From an uncultured Christensenella sp. (GTDB lineage: Bacteria; Bacillota; Clostridia; Christensenellales; UBA1242), in NCBI GenBank assembly GCA_949296965.1, contig CASFQL010000012.1, positions 36,259 through 100,258 of the forward strand: a stretch of DNA of 64,000 bases. Direction: 5' to 3'. The notes beneath the pieces were generated by a model that was not told where the DNA came from, did not search any database, and saw only the letters and a program-made list of their open reading frames with translations. A program made the position numbers and the translations under genes. Positions within the stretch are counted from its first letter, which is position 1, and every line of letters begins with the position of its first letter. Shown here piece after piece: positions 18,452 to 30,800 of this stretch.

Positions 18452-20189
18452 TTGTTTTTCCTCCTTTCTTATTTTGTGCTTCATAAAGGTCTTTATATAA
18501 ATCATTTCTCTTTAATAATTCACTATGAGTTCCTTTATCTACAATTTGCCCAGAGTCAATTATCAATATTAAATCGGCATCTTGTAAACTCGAAATTCTT
18601 TGAGAAATTATTATTTTTGTTGTTTTTGGAAGTTTTTCTTTAAGGGATTTTCTAATAAGTTTATCTGTCTTTGTATCAACGGCACTTGTTGAATCGTCGA
18701 GTATTAATATTTTAGGATTTTTAAGAAGTGCTCTTGCAATACATAATCTTTGTTTTTGTCCACCGCTAACATTTGAACCGCCTTGCTCAATATATGTATC
18801 ATATTTTTTAGGCATTTTATCTATAAACTCAGTTGCACAAGCAATTTCACAGGCTTTCTCGATTTGTTTTTGAGTTGCGTTTTTATTTCCCCATTGCAAA
18901 TTTTCTCTTATTGTGCCAGAAAACAATACATTCTTTTGTAGGACTATTGAAACACTATCTCTTAAAACTTTTAAATCATACTCCTTTACATCTTTTCCAC
19001 CTACATAAACTTTCCCTGCTGTTGCATCATATAGTCTTGGTATTAAAGATATGAGAGTTGATTTTGAACTACCTGTATTGCCAAGTATCCCAATAAATTG
19101 CCCAGATTTTATTTTCATATCAATGTTTTTTAAACAAAGTTTTGATATATCGCCAGCATAACTAAATGAAACATCTTTAAAAGTTATATCCCCATTTTTT
19201 ACTTTCATAATAGGATTTTCAGGGTTTTTAATAGTAGGTTCTTCTTCAAGTATCTCAATAATTCTTTCAGCAGATGGTCTTGCGATTGTAGTTGCAACCA
19301 ATATATAAGAAAGTATCATAAGTGAAGTTAAAAGAAGCATAATATATGAAAAAAGTGCTGTTAAATCTCCCGTATCAAGCATTGTTCCACCAGAATTTAC
19401 AATTATGTTTGCGCCAAACCAAGAAATAGCAATCATACAAGCATAAGAAACAAATTGCATAAGTGGGGAAGTAAGGGCGAGTAATTTTCTTGCTTTTGTG
19501 TAGTCTTTATAAATCAAACTGCTTACATTTTCAAATTTATTAATCTCATAATCTTGTCTAACATATGACTTTACAACTCTTGCTCCCCTTACATTTTCTT
19601 CAACTACTTTATTTAAGTCGTCATATTCTTTTATAACTCTTTTGAACGATGGGTGGACATTTTTTAGTATGAAATATAGTCCAACTACTAAAAATGGAGA
19701 GGCGACTAATAAAATAAGTCCCATACTTGAATTAATTGTAAAAGTTAAAATAAGAGTCAAAATCATCATAATAGGTGCTCTAAGTGCTGCCCTTATCAAC
19801 ATTTGGAAAGAAGCCTGAACAAAAGTAACATCTGTTGTAAGTCTTGTAACAATACCAGCAGGGGAGTATTTATCTATGTTAGAAAAAGAAAAATTTTGGA
19901 TTTTGTAAAACATATCTTTTCTTAAATTTTTAGCAAAACCAGAACTTGCCTTTGCACAAAAACTTCCAGATAAATATCCAAATACGAGAGAAATTGAAGA
20001 CATAAAAGCTAGTAAAGCTCCAAATTTTAAAATAACATTCATATCATTTTTATAAATTCCCATATCAATCAGGTCTGCCATAACATAAGGAATTAATACT
20101 TCTAAAACAACTTCAAGGCAGACGAAAAAAGAAGTTAAAATAGAAGGCCATTTATATTCCCTAATAGATTTTGCAAGTTTTTTTATCAT
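18441..20189 (-). CDS. Heterodimeric ABC exporter, subunit with the degenerate ATP site (TMD-NBD half transporter)
   Basis: 582 aa. Walker A GNTGSSKST, Walker B ILILDDSTS (catalytic Glu replaced by Asp), H-loop position ISQRIS (His replaced by Gln). The signature VSGGQKQR is canonical. Confidence 0.85.
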   Translation of the reverse strand: MIKKLAKSIREYKWPSILTSFFVCLEVVLEVLIPYVMADLIDMGIYKNDMNVILKFGALLAFMSSISLVFGYLSGSFCAKASSGFAKNLRKDMFYKIQNFSFSNIDKYSPAGIVTRLTTDVTFVQASFQMLIRAALRAPIMMILTLILTFTINSSMGLILLVASPFLVVGLYFILKNVHPSFKRVIKEYDDLNKVVEENVRGARVVKSYVRQDYEINKFENVSSLIYKDYTKARKLLALTSPLMQFVSYACMIAISWFGANIIVNSGGTMLDTGDLTALFSYIMLLLTSLMILSYILVATTIARPSAERIIEILEEEPTIKNPENPIMKVKNGDITFKDVSFSYAGDISKLCLKNIDMKIKSGQFIGILGNTGSSKSTLISLIPRLYDATAGKVYVGGKDVKEYDLKVLRDSVSIVLQKNVLFSGTIRENLQWGNKNATQKQIEKACEIACATEFIDKMPKKYDTYIEQGGSNVSGGQKQRLCIARALLKNPKILILDDSTSAVDTKTDKLIRKSLKEKLPKTTKIIISQRISSLQDADLILIIDSGQIVDKGTHSELLKRNDLYKDLYEAQNKKGGKTNAK

Positions 20190-20804
20190 ATTTTTTCCTT
20201 TTAAATTAAGATTTTTTTAGTCTAAACTTTATAATTATGTATCAAAAATTTTTAAAAGTCAACGTGAATTTTATTATTGTTTTATACAATCTTTTATAAA
20301 ATTTTAATTATAAAATTTAGCGATATAAGTAGACTAACAAATCTATAAATATACTAAAAAAACTGTCTTAGAATAAAATAATTTTTTAGTAAATATAGAA
20401 TTTTTTAATTTTAAAAATGACATTTTTAAGGTTTAATTTGAGTAAAAAATAATTACAAAAAAACAATAAAAATTATTTAAAAGCATTTTATAATATATTC
20501 ATAAATAAAAAAAAGTTGTTAAAAACTTATATAATAATTTTTGTAATTTTTAAAAAAGTCTAAAAAAATTTTTTTAATTAAGTTAATTTATTTAAGAATT
20601 TTTAAAAAGTAATATTCAAAATTTCTTTAAAAAATTTGCTAGTATTTTATGTTAAAAATTAAATCAAATTTTATAATTTTAGTCTATTTTAAATAGTAAA
20701 AAAAATAATATAAATATTTAAACAAAATTAATACAAAAAATAAAATAAAAGCAATTGAAAATAAAATGAAAATTATAGAAAAAATTTTTTACAGTTAACA
20801 AAAA

Positions 20805-20813
20805 TTATCCACA
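20805..20813 (+). promoter_or_regulatory. Perfect DnaA-box consensus 9-mer TTATCCACA
   Basis: Exact match read from the sequence. It lies in an extremely AT-rich 1.2-kb non-coding region. Confidence 0.4.
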
Positions 20814-21185
20814 GTTTGATTTTAAAAAATCGACCTAACAGTTTTTAAAAAATAAAAAGATTAGTTTTTAATTTTTTGTTTTTCAATTTATTTAGTTTAA
20901 TTAATAAGTTTTTTTATCGAATAACTATTTTTATAAGTTAAAAAATAATTAAATTGATTAGTTTTATAAATGTTTTAGAATTTCTTAAATACCGCTAAAA
21001 TAGTGATAATTAAGTTTTTTTATTAAAATAAAACCATTAATTCGGTAATAATAAATCTTTTAATTTTATTTTATTTTTTTAGATATTATTTTTTTATTAA
21101 AACATTTGGTTTTTTATATAAAAACATCTTTTTTTTATTTTCAAAAATATTATCTTTGTTTGTAAAAAAAATAATATAAAAATTG

Positions 21186-21222
21186 AGTTATCCACAATTA
21201 AATTTCTAAATTGTGGATAACT
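21186..21222. promoter_or_regulatory. 14-9-14 perfect palindrome AGTTATCCACAATT-N9-AATTGTGGATAACT carrying two convergent DnaA-box consensus 9-mers
   Basis: Arms at 21186-21199 and 21209-21222. TTATCCACA is at 21188-21196 and TGTGGATAA at 21212-21220. The site is about 195 nt upstream of the giant ORF start. Confidence 0.5.
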
Positions 21223-21416
21223 TTCTTTGCTCATTTTTTATTGAAATTCTTATTGTTAGTTTATCAAAATATTTCTTTTGTTTTTTAATATAAAAACTTG
21301 TATTTTCGTTTGGTATATAAATTATATTTATGCTAAAATATTTTATATAAAAAAGTATTTTTTATTATTTAAAATATTTTCTTTTTGTAGTGTTATAATA
21401 CTAAGGAGGACTCTTT

Positions 21417-21824
21417 ATGGAAGACGAATTAAACAAGTTTAAGGAAAAGAATTTGCAAAATAATTCTTCAAAGAATTTAGAGCAAAATCCGCCTAATAAA
21501 AATTTTTCTATGAGTTCAAATTTAAGTTCGGACAATGCAAATGGAGTTAATATAAAACCTAACTCCAATGTTTTACATTCTTCTACTTTTAATAATTCAA
21601 ATTTAGGACATTCTAACTTAAATCAAAAAGTAAATCTTTCAAATTCTTCTTCGACCTTTAATTCTTCAAATAATTTGAGTTCTTCCATAAATAATACTCA
21701 AAGACCTTTAAACAATACTCAAAGTCCGTTAAATAATAATTCAAATCTTTTAAAAGATGATAAGAATGTTTCCTATAAAGAAAATATTCCACAAAATAAT
21801 TACAAAGGCAAAAAGAGTAAAAAA
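21417..21824 (+). other. Giant protein aa 1-136: N/S-rich low-complexity, presumably cytoplasmic head
   Basis: NNSSKNLEQN...SNLSSDNANG...NSSSTFNSSNNLSSSINNTQRPLNNTQSPLNNNSN, ending in the basic stretch YKGKKSKK directly before the TM helix (positive-inside). Confidence 0.6.
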
Positions 21825-24800
21825 TTTATAATTTTAGGAGTTGCTATTTCTTTAATAGTTTTAGTCGGCTCTCTACTTTTTTTCTTACTTAGAAAAGATG
21901 AAACTACTTATACTGTTTCGTTTGAAAATTGGGTAGTTGAAATTGAAGATAAAGAGATAAAGAGTGGAAATGTTTTTTATGCTCCTACACCAGAAAATAT
22001 TTATTCCATTACAGATTCACAACAAGAGATTTTAACCTTTAATGGTTGGGTATATGAAGATGGAACAAAATATACTCCAAAAGAACTTACTAGCGATTTA
22101 GTTTTGTATGCTACATATACTTCAAGTGATATTACTACAACTTTTGTTATAAAAGATTATTATAGTGGCAATCAAAATAAATATATTTTCTTATCAAGTG
22201 TTACAACAACATTCTTTGATGCAAATGGTGTTGATGACAAAATTTCATTTGATAGTGTATTAGAAGAAAAACTTTTTAATTTTGACGACTCACAAAATAT
22301 TAACAATGTTTTGTATTATGATATAAATAATAAAATTTTTGAAAATACTCAGAGTTCAGTTAGTATTGAATCATACAAAACTTTCCTTAATAATTATTAC
22401 TCTATTTCTAATTTTACTTTGCTTAATAATGAAGAAAAAATTGATTTTGAAATTAATGATACTATGAATACTCCACAAGGGAATATGGTTGTCGTTGTTA
22501 ATCTTAATCCCAAAGAAGTTGAGTTAATTTTTAATTCTAATTTTGATAGTGTAAAAAATGAATATGGCAAAGATGATTTTGAAGATTATTCTAAAAGTCA
22601 AAGTGTAGTCTATGGAACTGACTACGAATTTTTTAACTTTATAGATATTTTTCCTAATGTAGATTTTAATAAGTTAATTCCTAATCATACCTTTCAAGGT
22701 TGGTCGACAATTTCTCCGATATTTGATAGTGACGGAAATGTCACCAACATTGAAGAAATGGAAAATAATTTGTTTATTAATTATCAAAGGGAAGTTATAG
22801 ATTTTAACATTTTAAACAACGGTAAAGAATTAAATCTATATGCAGTTTGGAAGACGGGCGAAACTGCCGTTATTATTTACAATGAAAATAATGGCGTTTT
22901 ATATTCAACTAATATTATGGTTGGTAGTTCTAACTCGCTATCTAATATTTTAGGTGGTGATTTTAGTAAATTTGATAAACAAGGTTATTCTTTAATTGGT
23001 TTTAATACTAGTAGAGATTTGAGTGGAAAAATTGCTAACAAAGACACTGTTATTTTAGGGGGAATAAATTCAGAATATTATAATCAAGTTAATGGGGCTA
23101 TTGTCTTATATGCAGTTTATAAAAAAGTTTATGACACAACAACAATTAATCTAAATAGTGATAGTGTTGATCAAATTTCTAATTTAGATGAAAGTAATTT
23201 AAGTAGTTTGCTTAATGTCAACTTAAATATTGATGGCTATGTTTATGAAAATGATATTGAGTTTAGTTACTCACAAATTAACAATTCTATTGTAATTACA
23301 AATCTTGTTGAAGGGGCAACTATTTCCTTGCCACAATTTGATAGGAGTAATTATACTTTAACGGGTTACTATACAAATAATTTGATGTATGATGCAGGTA
23401 GTAGTTTTACTATATCAAATCCTTCTCCTAAGATTTTTAGTATTAATATTGATACTATTTGGCAGGGAAATGATTTTGTGTTTGCTATCTCATCAAATGA
23501 CGATAGTTTAACTCCTACAAAAGAGATACAAGTAGAATATGGTGTAGAAATTTTATTTACTTACGATTACAATTTTACTGATAACTTTTCTAATATAATT
23601 GTTTCGTTATTTAGCAATTCTCTATTAATTTCAACTGTTGAAATACAAAAAGAGGGGCATACTTTTGTTAACTTTACTGACATAAATTCAAACATTTTAT
23701 CTAATAATTCTTATTTTGTTGTGAATTCTACTTTTGATGAGATATTTGTTAATTGGCAAGTTTGCTCTTATGATGTTATGTTTATGCTAAACGGTGGAAC
23801 ACATACTCCAACTTCTGCAAGTAGTGTTACTTATAAAGTTAATTATAATGACACTATTAACCTAAAAGAAATTTCAAGTAATATTGATAAACAAGGTTCA
23901 TATTTGATAGGTTGGTCAACGGATAACGATGCTAATGTTGTGTATAATTATCAATATGAAGATTTGATAATTACTAATGAAACGACTCTTTATGCTGTCT
24001 ATAAAATTGCTAAAAAACTCATTGTTTATTTAGACGCATCAAGGTCTAATTATGTTGAAGTTGTTGCAGATATTGAAGATTATTTTGTTTTAACAAATGA
24101 TATTTTTGACGGATACGGATTTAGTTTTAATTATTACAGTAGTTATGAAAGTTCTTCTATTGATACCTTAATTACTGCAAGCACTCAAAAGCGAGTTTAT
24201 AATTATCCAAATGATGTAACTGAGATTTATGCTATTTGGTATGAAATAAATTTTGAAAATGGTTTGATTGATGGTCAAAATATCGAAAATAGCGGGATTG
24301 TTGGCAATCCACCACAAACAAGTTATGTAACAAATAATATAACTTATACTTTTCCTCAATCTTATTATGATGATTCAAATTCTTATTTTAATCTAAGTGG
24401 TTGGGAATTTGGTAGAGAAATATATGATATAAATTCAAGTTTTGAAATAAATGAGCAACTTGGAGCACCTAATTCGCTAGTTGTGTTTACTGCAAGTTGG
24501 GGATATAAAGATGTTCTTGTTCAACTATATTTGGATAAAAGTGCTCAAAGTCCATATATAGAAGGTTATGCTGTTGATTTTGAAGATAGTAGAGTGTTTA
24601 CTATTTCTGTTGAAAATGGTAGATATCCACAAAATTCTAGCAAAGTTTTAGATTATTTTAGTAGTTATGATAATGCTTATTTTGTAGATAATGATAAAAT
24701 TACAATTAACATTCCTTATCCAAATGAAAATATGCAAAAAATAAATGGCGAGTTTGTTTACCCTTTGTATGCAAATTGGAAATTTAAGACTACTTTTAAT

Positions 24801-27800
24801 GCTAATAATGGTAATGGTTTAGATGTTGCAACTATTGATGTTGGTGTAGATTATGATAAAACTACATATGCTAATGGAATTGTTCCTATAAGCGTTTTAG
24901 AAAGTATTGAAAATAAATACTCTTTAACCTTACCAACTTGTGAAAGTCTTGGGTTTGTAAAAACACATTCCGATTTTAGTTTGTGGGAAAATGTTATTAC
25001 AAAAGAACAATTAAGTGCTGGACAGGAAGTTGTTTTACAAGAAAATCAAACATTTGATGCCGTTTGGATTGGTAAAAATTATACTGTAAACTTTGTAGAT
25101 AGTGAGGGTGGAAATCAAACTGTTTCAAAGACTTTTGAATATGGTTTAACCTATTCTTTAAGTGATTTGTTTGATTTGACAAACTATAATACAGAGTATG
25201 AGAATGCTACTACAAATAGATATAAAGTTGTTTCAAATTTGAGATATAGTTATGGAAATACAATAAAAGATTTTGAATTTGACGACGATGTGTTTTTTGC
25301 AACTTTTGATAGTTATTCCGATGGGTTTATTTCTAGCCAAGATTTAACAGATGATAATGAAATTAATTTTGAAGTTGTTTGGACTGAAAAAACTTATATT
25401 CTCAAAATTGCATTTGACAATGGTTTGTGGGACAATAATGTCGGCGAAAGTTATCTTTTGATTGGTGGTAGACTTTATATTGAGAATGGTCAATATTACT
25501 TTAACTATCAAACAAGACTTTCTGAATTAGATGTTGGTGATGATAAAAATGGTAAAGAGATTGCCTACAAAGGTTTTTATAAGTTAGGTTATAAATTTGG
25601 TGGACTTAGCGGAGATAGCAGATTTATAAATAATATAATAGGTGATAATGATAATATTACAAATTATTATTTAAAATTTAGTAGTAGTGCAAGTGATTTT
25701 GACAGTTTAGCAAACGAAGATGACATAATAGAACTAACTGTAATTTGGAATGAAGTTTTAACTGTTGACTTTAACCTTAATGGTGGCTTTTTAAGTGAGG
25801 GTATAAAGTTAAATTCTATTCAAGTTGGTTTTGATTCAAACAATGGGGCTACAATAGTTTTACCTGAGTTAAATAGCGATGATTTCTCAAAGGCTGAAAG
25901 TGTTTTTGCAGGACTTTATTTCACAAATGATACGCAAGAATTAAATAGAGAAGATGCCGTCTTATTTAATTTCGGGGATAGTATAGTTATTACGAGTGAA
26001 ATTTTGTCTAAATTTGGTAGTAGTGAAAGTAGAAGCATCATAATTTATTTTATTTGGAAAGCAACTCTTACCTTTAATGCAAATACTTCTTATAGCGTTA
26101 TTGGACACTTTACAAAAGATAGTAGCGAAATGATTGCTTCAACTTCTACTTCTTTTAGTCAACAATTTTTCTGCGGAGAAGAACTTACTCTTAATGACCT
26201 TTATTCATACTATTTTGTGCTTGATAATATTGACTCTTTTGAAGCAAAAGGTTGGAAGACAAGTTCTGGCGATAGCACGAATTTAAAAAGTTTAATAATA
26301 GACTCTAACATTAATCTTTATGCTAATTGGATTCAAAAAGAAGTAAAAATTTCGTTTAAAAACTTTAATGGCTCTGATTTTAATCAAAGTCAAATCTACT
26401 TTGAAGAATTTTCTGGGGCTAGAATTAATTTAAAAGACAAATTCTTGGAATTAAGTTCTTTTGGGTTGCCTACACTTGAAGGGTATAATTTTGTTGGTTG
26501 GGCAACTAATTTTGATAATAATTTGGTTTCTTCAAAAGATGAACTTGGCGAAGATGTTTACTATAATTTTGACCAAATATTTGTTATACCTAATTATGAA
26601 ACAACTTTGTATGCAGTTTTTGAAAAGTGTCTAGTAACTGTTACTTACATTGTTAATAACGAAAATGCACAAAATGTTCAAAATGTGGTCGAAACCGATT
26701 TAAGATATGGAGATACTTATTATATAAGGGAAGATATTCCTTTTACTGTTAGTTATTTTGACCTTCTGGGATTTAGTTTAGATGATGTAAATTCACAAGG
26801 AATTTTATCTAAAAATATTGTCTTAAATATTGATAACGGACTTACTAAAGTAGTTAGTGGCGATATTGTAAGTTATGAACTTAATCTGTATGCTGTTTGG
26901 AGTCGTCAAACAAAACGATTTGTGATTGAATTAAATGGTGGCTCATTTAATAATAGCGGTAAAAATAATGATTTACCAACTTTCTTTGATTTAAGTGGTG
27001 AAAAAATTAAATCATTTAGTGTAAATAAGTCCAATTTAACTGTTGAAGTTTACTTGGGGCCTGAGGGTGAATATGGCTTAACTTTACCAAGCAATAATTA
27101 CTTATTTAGAGATGGTTATGCTCTAAGTAAATATGTCGTTGATGGACAATCTTATGTTAGTGGTAACACTTTAAGTGCTACTACTTCAACTATGCAAACT
27201 CTCAGTGTTACTTGGATACAAGTAATAGAACTTAGGGTATATTCAAACTACAATTTGGATGATGAGCAATATTTAAGTTTTAGTTTAAATTTAGATGATA
27301 CATTGACTTTTGATATTGTAGGCAAATCAATTTTTAATGTTTCAACTCAAAAGACTTATCAAATTTCTTTTGATAAACCTCATTATGAACTTGCTTATAT
27401 TTCTGCTTCAAAAAATAGTGGAAAAAATTATCAAAACAAGCAATATAAGGTAAATGATACTGAATTTGTTATTACAAATGGTATTATAAATCTTTATTGT
27501 GCTTGGCAAGGGGTAAATATTTCCGTTGTGATTGATGCTTGCGACAATGAAGAAAATTTACTTGATACCACAGTTACGACAATAGAAAATGCGTTTAGGT
27601 ATGGCGATGATTTTGTAATTAGTAGCGTTTACTCTATTAGCCAAAGGAAAGATGAAAACGAGGGGTATGAACTAGATTATTTCTTAGACGAGTTTGGTAA
27701 CAAATATTATGCTAATGATGTCTTTAACCCTGAACTTGATAATTTAGATTACAAAAATAGTTATGAATTTAATGTTGTTTGGAAACAGAAAGAATTTAAT

Positions 27801-30800
27801 GTTATTTTAGATTTTGGAACAGGTGTATACAAGTCTAGCACAACTACTACAAGCAAATTAATTTATACTTGTCTTTATAATGAAGTCTTTGATTTAAAGT
27901 TAACTGACTTCTTACCAGAAAATGCTTATCATGCTGATGATGCATACGATGGCAGAACTTATAGGCTATATGATTTTGACAAATTTACTTCTAAAACTAT
28001 TTCGTTTGACGATAATCAAACTTTTGTTATGCCTGCAAGTGATGTAACTTTTAGTGTCAATTGGGTTAGTAAAAATATTAACTTTGTGTTTGATGCAAAT
28101 AACAGTTATATTAGTGATGAGGTTAATGGCGGAAGTTATCAAAATTCAGATTTAACTAGCGATTATGATGTTAAATTGAGAAATGACAAATTGGTTGTTA
28201 TGAACTTTAAAATCGGAGATATTTTAGATTTATCTAAGTTACCATCTCCTATATATGAAGGTTTTAACTTTATGTATATTTATTTACAAGATTATAACGG
28301 AGTTGGAATTTTTGATACTTTAAGTGAACAATTCTATTCTTATGAAAACACTGATACTTTCACTATTAACGAAGATATTATTAATTCAACTTTGCTAACA
28401 CTTGATAATCTTTGGAACGAAAGTGAAAATGCTTTTGAACTTCATTTTACTATAAGTTGGATTGTTAACAAATATACTATTAATTATGTTGCTCAACTTC
28501 CAATGATTGCAAATGGTTATAATTATGATGCTTCTTCAACTATTTCATCTTCGTCATCAAATCTACAAGAAATGGTTTATGACCAGCCAGCAACTTTGAG
28601 AGCAGGTTTTTCTCTGTATGGTTGGGAGCAAGTTGGTTGGACAACTGTTTTGAATTATAAAGACATTATTCCTAGCGGTGAAAATAAAAATGCTTATTAT
28701 TTTAGTGATGGAATTTGTGAAAATGAGTATGCTTATAACTTCACAAGTGAAAATAATGCAGAGGTTAAACTCTATCCAATTTGGGAACAAAAGGAATTTA
28801 GTTTAAATTTAATAGATTTACAAGCAAATAATAATATTGTAGATAATGATGGCGAGTATAATAGCAAAATTATTTCTTTCTTGTTTGATGAAAGAGTAGT
28901 TATAGACGACTTATTTGCAAGAAATCAAATTAGTATTAAACCTTATTCTTTTGAAAATAACACTTATTATGTTCCAACTGGCATTAGATATTTTTATACT
29001 GAAAATGACAGTAGAGTGGAATTAGATTTTACTTTTGAAGATTATCTTGTCTTTGCTTTGTCTCCAACAGGTTTCATTAATGCAAAAGATTTGACTGACG
29101 ATAATACAATAGAATTTGAAATCATATGGACAGAGGTCTATTTTGATATCTACTTTGATTTAAACGGCGGTAAGTATGATGAGAATGCTTTTGGTTTAGT
29201 TTGTGATATTGATGATAGTGGAAATTATGTTTTAAAAGGTAAAGTAAGATATAGTAGTATACTTAGTGGTGTTTCAACACTTGAAGAATTTGGACTTGTT
29301 GAAGATAAAATTATAAAAGAAAAAAATAATTTGACATATTCTTTTGCTGGTTGGGCTTTACAAGAAAGTAGCGAAAATATGTATTCCTTAAAGGGCGATA
29401 TGTTGACCTTTAGTTTATCTTCGCCAGAAGAAAGTTTAAAACCTGATGAAAATGGTAATTTTGATTTTGTCTTCGTCTTTGTTGCAATGTTTAATGAGTA
29501 TAAAATTTCAATTAACATTGATAATGCTAGCATAAAAGAAAGTGTAGAAGATACTTTTGCTGACGAAAATCAAAATGTTTGGGTAGTTAAGCGAGTTGAA
29601 AATGTTGGGCAAGAACAAGGTGGAGTTCAAATTGAAAAAGAAGAATTTTATACTTATTCTTATGCAAATAATGTGTTTACCATATTAGATAGTGTATTTA
29701 ATAATTTTGAAAAAGAATTTTATCATTTAGAAGGCTCAAATCAGGTAGAAATCATTGTTAGTAGCACTAGAGATAATATTGTTGATATTCCTTTTATAGG
29801 AAATGAAAGATATTTAACTATTTATTCTACAAACGATAGTGATAGTTTTACCATTTCGCAAGATTTTAAATATATTCAAAATTTGCTCAAAGAGGGCTCT
29901 AATAATTTTGGTTATATTAAATTACAGGATAGTCAATCTCCAACAGAACAAAACTTTGTTTATGTTTATGATGAAACAACTCATAGTGGGAGATTTGAAA
30001 ACTATAACTCTCAACAAACCTATGAAGATGGGACAATTTTCTATGAAAAAGTATATGATAAGGCTATAACCTTAAAATTAAGATATGGAGATGAAATTCT
30101 TAGTGGCGATTTTGCTAAATTATCTCTTGTTAGTATGGCTAACTTCACAGGTTGGGGTGATGAGAATGGAATTTATTCTGATACTGAATTCTTTGTAGGT
30201 GGAGATGACAATAATGTTATTAATTTATTCTCCTATTTTGATAAAGTCTATGTTACATTTAATCTTAATGGTGGACTTTATGATAACAAGGAACAAATAC
30301 CTGTTAGAGAAGCAACTTTAAATGGTCAAGTATATCAAATAGACTTACCTCTTATTACTCACCAAGATGGGCAACAATTAGGTCCTACTAAATTTGGTTA
30401 TATTTTCCTCGGTTATTCTTACTATTTCAAAAACTATGAAGAATATAATATATCTGTAATTGAAAATAAAGATGAGTTAGTTGTTTTGCCATCTTCACAG
30501 GCTGGGGTGTCAACACCTTACACTCTTAGTGGTAGTAAGAGCGAAACTCTTTATGCTATTTTTAAGCCAATTCAAACGACATTCACTTTTACTATTAAAA
30601 ATAGCGATGATGACCCTATTGCACAAGCAACAACTTTTACTGTAACTAAAAACTATGGAGAAAGTTTTGAAATGCCAACAAAAGGAGTCGGGGAATTTGG
30701 TAGCATTATTGATAGTTGGGTAAGAGAAGATAGTGTTTTTGTTGGTTGGAAAATTAATGTAAATAGTTCTACTCACTACGAATATAGTCAAGGTTATTCT

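Noticed and set aside
21391-21399. A perfect extended -10 (TGTTATAAT) as the giant-gene promoter.
   Set aside because: It ends only about 4 nt before the Shine-Dalgarno sequence, so a transcript initiated there would begin within or at the SD. There is also no -35. It may still function with a very short leader, but I cannot support it. The true promoter probably lies further upstream.
20190-21416. Annotating the AT-rich region outright as oriC.
   Set aside because: There are only three boxes and no dnaA, dnaN or other origin-linked genes in the window. Strand bias of genes to the left is mixed, and skew cannot be computed reliably by eye. It is kept as a hypothesis in the findings rather than as a feature.
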